Position numbers and translations under genes: made by a program. DNA of 64,000 bases from Kudoa neothunni. Taxonomy: Eukaryota > Animalia > Cnidaria. This document shows, piece after piece, positions 13,801-27,389 of the stretch. Within the stretch, counting starts at the first letter, position 1; each line of letters starts with the position of its first letter. Location: assembly GCA_964304625.1 (NCBI GenBank), contig OZ199840.1, forward strand, positions 3,733,631 through 3,797,630, given 5' to 3'. The notes under the pieces are model-generated. The model worked only from the letters and a program-made list of their open reading frames with translations, ran no database searches and was not told the DNA's origin.

Positions 13801-16153
13801 AATAAACAAATAAAGTATCATCATTTAAAGAAAAATTAAATAAATTATTTTTATCTGTTATAATTTAAAAAATTAATTTTTTCTCACTTTTTGGCCGAAT
13901 GTTGAAATGATATACATAATTAATTAATATGAATAATTACGTTACAACCTATTTATTAAAAATATTACTTTTAATCGAAAATATATTGAAGTTTTGCTTT
14001 TATTCAATGTAAATTCTTTGACTAAAAATCGTCATCATTTTCTTCAAACAGTTGACTTTTCAAGAGTTTTTAAGTTTGATTTCACAATTAGGTTTTTCCT
14101 GATATCTCCCCGATACTTTATATTTGAGATTTTTTACAACACATGAAGAAGATTAAAATTCTTCAAATAATCTACTAAATAATTAGAGTGTCGTTATTCG
14201 ATGGTGGAATAAGAGTTCATTCTCAATTTAGTGATTTTTATTTTATAAATAATCTTAGGAATTAATATAAAATTAAAATTTTAAAAATTACATGTTAAAC
14301 TTTATCTCTAATCTATCAGAATTCTGCCTCTTTCGATGAAACACTTAATTCCTATTTTATTAAAACATTCAATGACTTCAAGTCAAATTTTTATTTCGAA
14401 CATGTGACGAGTTATAATGATACATTTTAGGTGAGTGGATATGTTCGCGATGACACATTGGTAAAATTCGTTGGTATTATATCCAACTGCAATCTTCAAC
14501 AACAAGTTTCGATCACACATCGTTTCTACTCACTTTTATGTACATTCCCCAAGCAGGTATTTAACTTTCTCATTCAACTATTTCAACTCAAGCAAAATCC
14601 TTAATTTTTTGAATCCCCTAATAGGACGCCCTTATTCAACTTGCCAGCTGGTGTATTGGCGAATATGGATATCTACTTGTTAAACCTCCTTATAATGTAG
14701 GTTTTTGTCGTTCGTATTGTCATTATTCTTTTTCGTAGATTTCTATGAATGAAATTGTTGAAATTCTTAAGAGAAATTTCACTCATCCCGACCTCAAAAC
14801 TAACACATATCATTTTATTGCTAATGCTTTAATAAAATTTTCCACAAAAATTCCTAGTGCAGTAGAGTATGTTGTTTTTTATGACCATCTCATTTTAATA
14901 TCGATTAAATTTTCTCTTAGATATTCCAAACATATTTTCAACGTTTGGAAACAATCTCTTGATACCGAATTACAACAAAGAGCCATAGAATATGATGCCA
15001 TTCTTTCTGGGCATCAAGAATTATTGTAACATTTCATTTATAATTATTGTCAGTGGATAACAGAGGTTACTGGCAACCTAAATTTTTATAAAACTTGCGC
15101 ATATTCTAGCAAGTTTTTAATTAAGAACTTTCCGTTTTACACGACAGGGAAAGTTTCTTGCTTATTTTTTATAACCACTAATTTTTGAATTATATGCGGA
15201 ACTGGGGTATTAACTTAATTTATTCCAAATATTTCATTTCCCCTCCACTAACCAATAGCCAGTAGCCACTGTGTTTACCACTATTTTGGGTGCGCATAAA
15301 TATTCTTATCGATTTTAAGAGATGTGGTTTTTTCGCCAATGCCACCACTTGAAATGGACAATCTTTCAGATATTCCAAAAGATGGCGAGGATGAGACTAT
15401 ACCTCAAAACCACAAAATCAGTTTCAAACAATGTTTAAATTTTAATCCAACGTTTTCATCCGAGCCTGTTGAGATGAAAGGTATACAATGTTTACTGTTG
15501 GTCTTTCGATGATTGTTATTAGTAGTGGATACTTCAAAGTCCAATCAGGAAACTATAGTTCATGTAATTTGTCCTTCATGAGTTTTGTTCGATTTTACCG
15601 ATTAATGATAGGATCTTTTGGATTTGTTAGGAGAATCACCGTCTAATTCTATTAACTGTAGTCATTCTATAAACAGTGTAACAGAAAATTCAAAAAATAC
15701 TGGTATATGCTTTGTTTTGATTTGATGTGTCTTCTGATTGTTTATAATAATATTAATTGATAATTAGATACAGTGACAGTTATCAAAAACCACAGTGATG
15801 GAATTGTTCTCAATTTGTTGTACAACTATCCACAATCCAATCCCCAATCTAGAAATCTATGGTTTACCGCGTTTAACTCATCCATGGACGATATCACTGA
15901 TTTTCGTATACAAGTGGCTGCAACTAAAAATATTCAACTGTCGTTGCACTCAGCGAGTGGTAACACCACTTTGAGTTCGTTTTCGCTCAATCAAATCCAA
16001 CAACAATTAACCCTTAGCGTTACCGAACCCAATAGCTTCAAAAATGTAGTCCCTAAATTGAGAATCCGCGTCACCTACAATAAACTCGGGCACAAATCTG
16101 AAATCATTGAAAATGTTCTAAATTTTCCCGCCACCTTCTCAGAGTGTTGTTGA
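10876..16153 (+). CDS. AP1G1: AP-1 complex gamma subunit (gamma-adaptin), multi-exon
   Basis: [113 protein letters not shown], and a C-terminal ear domain. Long introns at 12592-14430 and about 15026-15320. Confidence 0.93.
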
Positions 16154-16649
16154 ATAGAAATTTTTACCGTACGTCAATAGCCGTTTTATATACTATAAAC
16201 TATAACAGTTTTTTCTACTATCACAATCAACTTCTGATGATAAGAATTAATTTTTTATTTCTATGCGTTATTTTAATTAATTCGAAAAAGTGAGTGATTC
16301 CATATATATATATATATACATACACATATATATTCGAATTCTTTATCATTTAAGTCGATCGATTTTTTAATTTATTATTGAGCTTGATGGAACATTGTAT
16401 AACAAAAAGTTGCATTGCAATTTTTCGCGTATGTGCTAACTTGTTTAGTAATATTTAGCTTCCTAATTATGTTGTAGTTTTTATCATATTTGTTAATAAT
16501 TATTCCTGTTAATGATATCTATACAGTCCAACAGGGCTTGTACGTAATGGGTTGGGGAATGGAGCCTCATTACGTAGAATCTCTGCATTACTTACGAGCC
16601 AGGGCGTCCAAACCTTGGATTTCTTCCCAAGATCTTGGGATTTTCTGAC

Positions 16650-17040
16650 TAACCCTCCGTCGATGGACCGTGTGTCGAAAACTTCAGTATGTGCCCGTGG
16701 GGGTCGGTTTTGACCCATCATTGTTTTCTTATTTTAATGTGCAATTGACCCCAAAAGTTATTCTTGTAATTATTACTCACCACATAGCTATATTAACCGA
16801 ATAGAAGTTTGCTTTAGAGGGAATAAAGTTGAGAAAAATGTAATTAATTCTTCGATTAAATATAATAAACATCTGCATTAAAACATTAAAACTCTTGTTA
16901 TTCTAGGTTTCAAATATCAGCCATAGATTTCCTTACTTTCTACAATATGTACTCATAGGAATTTTATTATATTTATTTTTGAAATATTTTTAATGAAAAA
17001 ACATGGGGTAAAATTTACTCCAAAACCATTAGAGGATTAT
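16650..17040 (+). mobile_element. Possible piggyBac-type MITE
   Basis: Begins (C)TAA-CCCTCC with subterminal GGGGTCGGTTTTGACCC; ends GGGGTAAAATTTACTCC...CCATTAGAGG. Termini are degenerate. Confidence 0.35.
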
Positions 17041-18298
17041 ATTAAATACAAATTTCTTTTAAAAAAAATCTTTTTAAATCTAGTATAGTATAGTAATTAA
17101 TAATGTTCGATTGATATCAATTTTACTTTGTAAAATATTTACTCATCAAATCATATTGGATAAATAAATGAGATTCTAAGGGATCAAAACACTAAGGGAT
17201 TTATTTCTTATCTTCCTAGATATCATTTTTATAATCAATTTATAATTTCAAAAATTTGAATGACTACCATATATAATTACTTGATTTAATTTTAATAAGT
17301 TTCATTAGATTTTGCATTAATCTTTATTTCTGATATAGGATTCTATATAAAATTGAATTTTGATAAGAAAAATGAATTTTTATTCATTTTTGGTATTGAT
17401 TATAACTAAATAAAATTTCCAACTGATATTGATTCAAATAATTAATTAAAGAGGTTCCAGGTTTACTTATTTTTATAACACTTTTAAAAAATAATCTTCA
17501 AAATATTAAGTGCTTACAAAATATATCTTTATTTTTTTAGATTAAATATCTAAAAAACGATGTTTAAATTCAGAGTTCATATAAAATATATTTCTGTTTA
17601 CTTAAATATTGCCACCTATTTTATTAATTTTTAAACAAAATATTTAAGATAGTAAATTAATTTCAGATATCATCTTATGCGCGGTTGGAGAATCTCATTA
17701 ATCAACTTAATATCAAGAATGAATAATAGAAAAGAACAATATTTATATTGTCTTAAATAATAATTTGGATATACTAATTATTTTAATAAATAAAATATCG
17801 ATTCACTGTTAGTTTATTATAACTTTTAATAAAAAAATAAACAGGATTTCCAAGATTTAATGATCGCTGCTCGGAAGCTACTAGATGAAACTTTTATCAG
17901 TATGTTATCATTCAATACAAAAAAGTAGGATATAAGATTGTTTTTGATAGTTATCGTTAGTTAGGAAATTTGGTGAGTTCGAGACTTTATTTAAACAGAT
18001 AAATCAATCATTTCAGTCAAATAAAATATTATAAAAAGTAATCTGTTATATATATTACATTACTAAAGTTGTAATTTTAAAAAAATCAATAATTCAAAAA
18101 AAATTATTAAAATAATAATAATAATAAAGTCGATTGGTAGAATCATCTTTTTGTTATTTTTAGGATAACGTCAATTAAAATTCGACCACGTAAACAGTAC
18201 GACCGACTGTATTAAATACTGAATATTAATCAATAAGGTCACTTTATTTTAATAAGAATCTAAATTTAAACATTATAAATTCTGTAGGAGGAGACGGA

Positions 18299-20998
18299 AT
18301 GAGACTTGAAATGCCAATTATAAACCTGTCTATAATCATGATAAATTGTAAGTAGAAAGTTGAGATTGGTTCTTTAAAGAAACGTTTTAGGTTTCATGGA
18401 AACGCTCAATTCACAATCCTATCTCATATTTTATGTGTCGAACCAAATTGTAACATCAACTGGTGTGTTTCCATTGGAGGCTTACAATATGAATATTCTA
18501 TGGAAAAACAAGCCTAATGATGTAGAAAATACATACAGCACCAACATTTCAATAGACTATCAACAAAAACTAGACAGAGCACCAAACCAATGTTCCTATT
18601 GCCACCCCTTTTTCAATACCACTATGATTGAATTTAATCCAGTAACGTAGATATCAAATAAAAGTTACTTTACAATTATTTAGAGTATAGAGTTGTCAAT
18701 TATGCCCATCGTGAATGGAAATATTTTGGAGAAAATTAAAAAAACATTAACCTACGACCAAACTAAAAACTCTCTATCCATCATCAACACTGATATGCTT
18801 ATAATGCATCAACTTTGCTCGAGTGATCAAATCGATGCTTACAAAACTTATTTTATGGAAAAAACGTTACAAAAAAGAGTTGCACGATGCCATCTGTTGG
18901 ACATAGTTGTTGTAAATATATTACGATTAGAATGTGCAATTGTTGGTTTAATTTTCTAGGCGTTAAGAAAATTGCCTTTTATAATGTATACGCCTTGGCC
19001 TTCTTACACTCATAATATTCGCGGTTTATTGTATCAAATGCATGAAAATTTTGATATATACGAGTATCATGAAAATTATCGTTCAAAACATACCAAATCA
19101 CCTGGGATAATTCTTAATGTTGAAGTAAAATCTGTTCTTTAAGATTTGACGGGACATAGATTCAACTTATAGGAAACAAGATTGATTTATGTAACTTTCG
19201 ATACATCCGACCCATACAGAGTTTCAGGTTCAATTTTCGGAGGATTCATTCAACAAGGATCAGGTCATCATTGCCCAGGATTTTCCTTGTATATAAACAG
19301 TATGTGTTCAAAAGTGAGATCATATAACCAAAATCCAATATTGTTGATATTACGTTGAAATAATTTACATTTTTAGGCAATTACTGTTCCAAAGAATTAT
19401 AATTATGTGAAGTTTTGGTATTACGTGGTTATTAATGATGCCAACCAATACACTTTCAAATACTGTTTGATTTGTTTGAGCACTTTGTATGCAAATGGTT
19501 GCTCAGAATATGCAGGTAAATCGAAGATAGCATCCAAAAATCAACTTATTAACGAAATAATATATTTTCCTAATTACATTATGAATCACAACGTATATAA
19601 ATTTCGACTTGTGATTTTTACCATTTCCAATATCATCATATAGTATATCAACATCATTATTGATGTGAGATTATTTAATGTGGTTGAATCTAATATTTAT
19701 GAGTTGATTCATATTTTACAATCAACCAATAAAACAACTATTGATCAAAAATCAAACAACATGATTCTTTCGAATGGGAATGTGACTGTTGTTATGCATA
19801 GTCGATGGTATGATCGCCAAAAGGATTCATTTTCGCCTAATTATGACAAAGTTGTTTAGTGTTATGATTGACCGTAAATAATCTAAACTATCTAGCCACA
19901 AGACACTTTAAATATCTCAATGACATTAATTAAGCCATTTTTTAAATTTAAATATATTAAAGTTTGTATTATTTCAGAAACTGATAACAAACCTTGTGAA
20001 TTTTATGAAAAATCATTCACTCAGATAGAATTCGACAATAAGGGGATAATTCACATGCTAATTAAGATAGTCCCCAAAAATATCAATGTATTTGCAGGTT
20101 TTAAAACTATTTTAACTTTCTTTTAGAGTTTTGATGTGTTATTTGCAGTTGACACTACTAACGTGATTGTTAGTGTTGTGAAATGGCCGATCTGCACCAT
20201 AGCTATGATAAACACCCCCAATGGCAATCCCCATATTCTAGCATATTTTCTAGTTAATCATTCAGCGATAAAATCAACATTATGTTCCAACCATCAATTT
20301 GCTTGTAATAACGTAATAAATTTTTTCTATCATTGACATCTAACAACAATACAGATAACTAATAGTTTTCTTATTGCACCAAAAATTATTAGAGAGGAGA
20401 CCATTGGGAGAATAAGTTTGAAAAAAAACAATCAGCATTATTTTCTTCAATCAAAACAAATGTTGGATTATTTTCGTTTCTTTTAAGTTCCAAAAATTCT
20501 AATTTTAAATGATGAAAAATCTAAAAATAAAATAGATCAAGATATTACCATAAATATAGAAAAAACAATACTTTGTTGCAAAATCCAATAAACATATAAA
20601 AAAAATAAGGAACACATTAACAAAAATATATACAATATATTTTATATTAGAAGTTATGATATACATGTGATGAAGTTTGCAGACAAATTATATACAGGTA
20701 GTACAGAGGAATAATTTTTAAAACTAACGTTTGAAAAATTAAAGGCAAGTCAAAATCAAGACCCTTCGTCAACAAAATCAAAAATAATTTCAGTTACTAC
20801 GATTTCTATGGCGATTTTTATCATACTTGTGGTATTGCATGCTGTAATTCAAATATGTTGGAATTTTTATTTATTAATTTAATAGATTTTTATTGGAGGA
20901 GACAACGCAAGGCAAAGGAATTTAGATTGAGAGCCGCAATTGAAAGCTATACTTGGAATAATAAAGACACCCCAACCAATTTCATGGACCATATCTAA
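18299..20998 (+). CDS. Unknown Cys-containing type-I membrane protein family, paralog A (frame lesions in a late exon)
   Basis: Short hydrophobic first exon, exon-by-exon homology to paralogs B and C (NSQSYLIFYV..TSTGVFP, QCxxCxPFFN, HQLCSS, RCxLLD, FWYY, WPxC), a TM exon, and tail YWRRQR..ESYTW. Frameshifts and a stop at about 20440-20595. Confidence 0.75.
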
Positions 20999-22288
20999 TG
21001 CCTTTATTTTACTTCAGTTCAGTGAAAATAAATATTTTCTAGTATATTATTAACTATTTCGTAGATTATTAGATACATATTTAAATGTTTAATATTTAAT
21101 AACATTTTTAAACTAACAATATATTTTATATTCAATGTAAACTATAAATCAAAAATAAATTTCCCGTTTTGTTATTATTGATTAGGAAATAACTTATTTC
21201 TGCTTTTCTAATATAAATATACTAAAAGTAAAAAAACTTAGTAATCATCCTCAATTATCATAGTAATTTTGTTATAAAACCAGATTTTATCGATATTTTT
21301 CTGTTAACTTTGATTTTTTAATATTTCGAAATTATTGTTTTTAGCCTAATATAATTGTATGGGGATTAATCAATGTCGCATTAAATTATGCATGTGTATT
21401 TGACGAAATGGGCTTTTCTTTGCGTAAATTACATTGGGTGACAGGGTTGAAAATAAGAGAATTAACGCCCAATGAGTCCATTTTGGATCAATTCGACTAA
21501 GCAAGCAGTTACCCCCATTATTTTATATTTTAAAGGGACTGACTGACAAACTCATGTCTTTCTAATTGTTTGGCAACACCCAAGCCACTGAGACAATTCA
21601 TCGTTCCCAACGACAATTTTAAAGAGACATTGGAGGACATAAATAATAACGAAGACTTAAGTCATAAAAAATACAAAACTGAGAATATGTCGAAATAATT
21701 TTATCGGTGTCTAAGTAATACAAGATGAGTCGGTAAAAAAATACTGCAACCGGATGATTAAAATCACAATAGTGATTAGATAAACGCAGCTCGAGGCGAT
21801 GTTCTTTAATTCAAACAAAAACCCATATAATTTGCTCTATTTAATGATCAATTTAAATCAGTTGTATGAAATGCCAAAATATTGAATTGATTATCATTTG
21901 TATTTATTTTATTCACATTTGTTTTCCTCGTTAAGGAAGACTAGTTTTTAAGTGTAATTTTAGTATAAATATTTTCCCCGCCTAAAAAAATCTCCTTTTA
22001 ATAATTTCTTTTATGCTAAGAGATGCGGAAACTAAAACAAATCGGGAAACGCTGCTTTAGGTGCTTCTAAAAAACTTTCGAAGAGTCAAAAACGTTAGGA
22101 AGATTTTCGTATCAAGGATATTTAAAATAACGTTTTTTATTAACTTGTTAATTCTGTAATATTATTATTTCTTTTGGGGTCAAAAATGACCCCAAAATCA
22201 TTTAAAGTTATATTTCAATCAAAAAGTGGATTAAAATGCAATGGGTTTAAAATAAATAACAATGCTTTAGCATCAAAAATAACATATA

Positions 22289-23208
22289 CAGTAACTTATG
22301 TGTCGTAGCTCAATTATGGCTTGTGTGCCAACAGGCGGTAGAAAAGTTCTAACTCTATCCCAAAAGTTAAATTATGAAATATTATCAAAAAGCGGCGAGT
22401 AAATCTACCGCTAAATTTGAAACAATGAAGATGTTTAAATGAAAAAGCAAGATCTTCGGTGAATACTATTATAAACATACAGATTAGTATTTTTAACGTT
22501 ATAATGATTTTACTATTCCAAATTAAGAATCAATCGCGAAGGGAGAAAACATGGAAATTGATCTACCATTGAAAGAGTGGATTGAACTGATGAGAACAAA
22601 CAACCAGAGGATTCTCTCAATAAGTTTCTATCATTTAAACCCATGAATTCCTTGATATATCGCAATCAATACCTGCATCTATTGATTGGTTTGTGGCCTT
22701 ATTAAAGGATTTTTCATTTCGCACTGTAACATGTGGATTGTAAGGGTTGTAATCCAATCAACCATAGGTGCACGATTGAGAGCAGTGCGGTATGGCACCA
22801 CCGCCTTTTAATGCAAAGAACCCAGGTTCGAATCCCCTGTTCGGACCATGTGTTGCACGCATAATACACTTTTTAATCTTCAAATTATAAATTGCATTTC
22901 ATTCAAATTAATCAAATATTAAATTATATAAGTGTTAGGACATACTTTATATTATAAGTAATGACGCGTACATGTATTGTATATTGTTAGATTATACGGA
23001 TAGATGGTTGTTGACCTCTAGTATAATATCGTTATTATGTGAGTTATTGCAGGTGCTAACAATATATATATGCTAATTTGTCAAAATATAACGTAATTTT
23101 TTAAATTTTTGTTTATTTTCACATGTGAAAATTTAGGTGTACGTAATTATGGCTCGTGAGTTATGACTTTGATTTCCCTTTTGATTACACACGACCCATA
23201 AGTCATTC
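22289..23208 (+). mobile_element. pogo/Tigger-type (Tc1-mariner) non-autonomous element, copy 1
   Basis: TA-flanked TIRs CAGTAACTTATGTGTCGT / ACGACCCATAAGTCATTC; CENP-B-like HTH relic (GENMEIDLPLKEWIELMR; ASIDWF); homologous to 44696-45492. Confidence 0.75.
22725..22857 (+). mobile_element. 133-bp solo-LTR-like insertion containing a tRNA-Lys(UUU)-like sequence
   Basis: Ends TGTAACA...TGTTGCA; flanks CGCAC / CGCAT; absent from the paralogous MITE (single CGCAT near 45296). Internal CTTTTAA loop and B-box GGTTCGAATCCC followed by CTGTTCGG. Confidence 0.7.
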
Positions 23209-24686
23209 TACCATCTATATACGATAAGGCGTAACCCGCTCAAAATCTAAGGAAATTGATTCTTACCTATAATATAGAATTAGATCTAGGAATAAAAAAT
23301 CTAAATTCATTGTATCGTTCCAATGTAATTTTGATATTATAAAATTTGTCGATAAAAAACTATTAAGTTTCTATTTTTTATTTATAATGTATTAATAATC
23401 AGGCTTATCCATAGGTTTAATTAAAGAATTCAAATGTGCCTCTCATTCATATTTTTGAAATTAAAGGCATTTGGTAAAATACATCTGCGTTATATAAAAG
23501 AAAAAGATAAAAACTCATAAAGCTGTGAAAAATAATGATGTATTCATTAATTTATTAAGATTTACGTGTTTAAAATGGATAATTTTCTTAATAAAATTTC
23601 CCAACATTTATTTCCAATCTCGCAAACCAAAACCCTTAGTTCACACCTACAGGAAAAGGAAGGAAACGCCTGAGCTAGCTTATAAAATTTTAATTGAGAG
23701 GTTATATTTTCCTGTATCTCGATATAGATGTTTATTGTAAGGGTATTATTTAAAAAAGTTTTAACAAAATTAAACCTAGTAACATCTTTGTGATTAAAAG
23801 AAAATATATCTACAATACTTAATTTTAAGTATGTTGTGGTGCTTTCTTTTACAGAAAAATTTTACCTGTACTTTATAATTAAGATGTAAAATAATTAATT
23901 TAAAATAAGAAAAATAATTTTGGAATAAATTATTCGGTTTTTTGATATGCAAGCATTTTTTCATTAATAATTTATTATTAATGATAATTTAGTGACTAAA
24001 GTTATTTGTTGTTTATCTAATCACACTGCCAATGATTATGTAATTTTTTAAAAAATAAAATTATTCTGATTACGGATGTAATTGTTGTCATTTACTGTTA
24101 AGCAGTTAAAAAAAAAATTAAGTCTACATCATTGATAAATATTAGATAATAGAAATCATTCCCCCATTTTGAAATTTAAAGTTACATACCATATTTTAGC
24201 ATTCATAATGTGGAATCGATGTGAGTAAACAATGAGCAATGTTAGAATTTAAATGATAATCGTAAATGTAAAAATTAATGTATTTTTAATGATAGATATA
24301 ATCAAAAACCTATCAAAGTGTTATCACTGAATACAAATAAGAAAACAGACTTGTTGGTACCTTGTAATATTTATTTAATCTTCTCATAGAGCGAATCAAA
24401 TGTTACCAACAAATCACACAACATTTTTTGAAAAATAGTAGAAATGATATGTATTACGTAAATAAATTATTGCAACAACTATAAAAATAATTATAATGGA
24501 AAATATGTCATAAAAAATGATTATCAATTTTTTAATACTTTATTGTTCACAAAATAAATTATCTTTGAATTTATCATGTAAATAAAATCTTCAACTATAT
24601 AATATAACAATTAATAATTAATAAATAGTTTAAATATAAACTAATATCGAATTCGGTATATCATTGCTCAAAAGTAAAAGGAAATA

Positions 24687-27389
24687 ATGAAAATTAGAAT
24701 TACATTTATGATCATCATTAGATTTGGTAATAATCGGCTTCTAGGAGGTTAAACTAATAAAGATATTGTAGTTATTGTGAGAAATCTCAACTCACAAACC
24801 AATTACCTTGTATTTTACGTGATTGACCAGTTAAAAACTTCCACCGGTGTATTACCTATAGAAGCGTATCAATTGGAATTGACTAGGACCCCATATTCAA
24901 GCAAAAACTCTTACAATATCACAACGATTGATATAGACCCTCAGCGAATTAAGCTCGAAGCCCTACAATGTACGCCTTGTCGGGCTCTATTCAATATAAC
25001 GATGGTTGAATTTTACCAAGTTATTTGAGGTTAATTCATTTAATATTTATTATTTGTCTAGAATACGAGTTTGTCATTTACACCTATAGTTAATAGGAAA
25101 CCGTTGGTCAAATATAATTATACGTTAACATATAACCAAACTAGATCTATTCTTACTATCATCAACTCTAACATAGCTATACTGCATCAGCTATGTTCAA
25201 GCGATCAAATATATAATTATCAACAATATTTTTCTAATCAAGAAACAAAAAACAATTTCGACAGATGTCTTTTATTGGATTTAATTTTGGTATCAAATAT
25301 TGCAAGGACGTATTTTAATGATATTATTTTTATGAACAAAAGGAATATGAAAGATTACCATATTTACTTCACTCTCCAACTGAAAAAATTTCTTCACGAT
25401 CGTTTCCAATAAACTACGTACTATATGATAATTTTAAGTTGGTGAAATACGTTCAAAATACTGAATTACAACATTTTGGATTTTCAACTGTGACCCTGGA
25501 TGCAAGTGTATGTGTATATTGTAGAAAAATTGCAATGATAACAAATAAAATTAAAGGAAATCGCTTTGTATCGAATTGATTTGTTCAATAAGGATCCATA
25601 CGCAAGTATAATTCTACGTAGAAAAACAATGATATACCGTTCGATATTAAGTAATCTTTTATGCCCGTCTCCATCCATTAAGGATAATTTAATATGCCAG
25701 CCGGGTGTGAGTGTTTTTCGTTTGTAAAAATTATTATTCAAATTAAGATAATTATTATCTATAGCCGCCATCTGCTTCTTTATATCCTAAATTTGTTGTA
25801 TTTCGATATTACGTTCATATAACTCATGATATCCAATATAATTTCAAATACTGTTATATTTGCTTGTGTATGCACTCCTACAATGGCTGTGAACAGTATT
25901 CAGCAAAATCTTTTATCAATTCAAAAGTCGCACTCATCAGCGGAATTACAAACTTCCTTTCTTATAGGAATTATCCTAATGTAAATAGATGGTACATTTT
26001 ATGAACAATTAACCGAGTTATTTCGTGTAGTATACGAAACTTTTATTCGACCTTAGACTGTTTACTTTAAATGGTTCCATTATTCAAGAATCTATTCACA
26101 TTTTGCAAATGAAGAAAAAGACGGCAGTAGATCAACCCTCGAAAAACATTATTCTATCCCATAACCAAGTGACCATTGTTATGCGTAGCAAATTGTCTTA
26201 CCAACCAACCGATAGCTCCTCATCGGTGGATTCCAAGGTCTCTTTTCCCATGCATTGCTTCCTTACTAATCAAAATTGTGTAGTTGGCACCCCTTTTAAA
26301 TATCTCAATAGTAATGTTGAAACCGTTGTTCAAATTTGAGAAAATAAAAATCTACATTATCATGAATCCAGATAATAACCCATCTGAAATTTTTCAGCAA
26401 CTCTTAACATCTGAAGACTTCAATAAAGGGCTTATTCACCGTACAGTTGATAAATACGATAGAACAAACATGATTGTATGCTTATTTCGCAAAACAATTG
26501 TTAAATTTAAAATTTGTAGAGTTTCGATGCTATCATAATGATAGATAATGAAACAATTGTTTTAAGTGTTACACAGTGGCCAAGTTGTCGAATTATTACT
26601 ATCAAAACTCTCAATCATACTCCTCAGATTTTAGCATTCTTGTTGGTAGGTGAAACGTCAAGTATTGGCGTCAATCCGTGCTTACAATATCAAATAGTTT
26701 GTAATGATGTAAAATAATACCATATATGACGCATATTTTTTCATATTTCAATGTAGAAAACCAATACTTTCCTTATTTTTCCAAATAAATTAAGTTATTC
26801 TGCTATGGAGAACGTGAGCCTTATGCAATACAATAAACACTATTCTTTCAACCAAGACAAGTGCTGGAAACTATTGATCCATCTTGCACACTCGCAGAAT
26901 CGTAAATCTTACCTCGACCAACATAGAAATAAAATCGATGATAATATTACTCTATACATAAAAAACAAATATGTTGTTCTTTACTCCCTTCCTAACAACC
27001 CTGATGATCAACTCGAAACGAATTTTACTAGAAATACTAACTACAATCAATTCTATATTAGAATCCATAATATAATAGTACTGAAGTTTAGAGAAAACTT
27101 TGATTGGTGTAATCATTCCCAGAAATCATTCTTATCTATTTTATATATTTTAGACAGAACCATTAAAGACATACTAATAAATCCCGTATTGATTACCATT
27201 TTAGTCGTCCTTGCAGTTGTTTCCATCACAATCATAATTTTATGTTTTAGTTTAAGGTATGATTATATACTTGTAATAATTGAAATATACCGAACATGTA
27301 GGCGGTCACTTAATACAGAAACATATACATTTAAAGAAAATCGTCCAAACATCGCCATGGAGCAATCAAAAACTCCACAAAATCATTGA
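24687..27389 (+). CDS. Unknown type-I membrane protein family, paralog B
   Basis: Largely the same exon structure and motifs as A and C; all exons checked are open; TM segment PVLITILVVLAVVSITIIILCFSL; tail ETYTF. Confidence 0.8.

Noticed and set aside
15051-15271. CAGTGG...CCACTG MITE in an AP1G1 intron
   Set aside because: The TIR match is short and there is no 8-bp TSD; plausible but not supportable.
16509-16721. 70-aa minus-strand ORF
   Set aside because: It spans palindromic, TE-terminus-like sequence; stop avoidance is explained by local GC content.
20585-20595. Alternative genetic code (TAA read-through)
   Set aside because: Conserved genes end normally in TAA/TAG/TGA, and their apparent internal stops all fall in introns.
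22767-22848. Functional tRNA-Lys gene
   Set aside because: Acceptor and anticodon stems do not pair well, and it lies inside a TG..CA insertion within a MITE.
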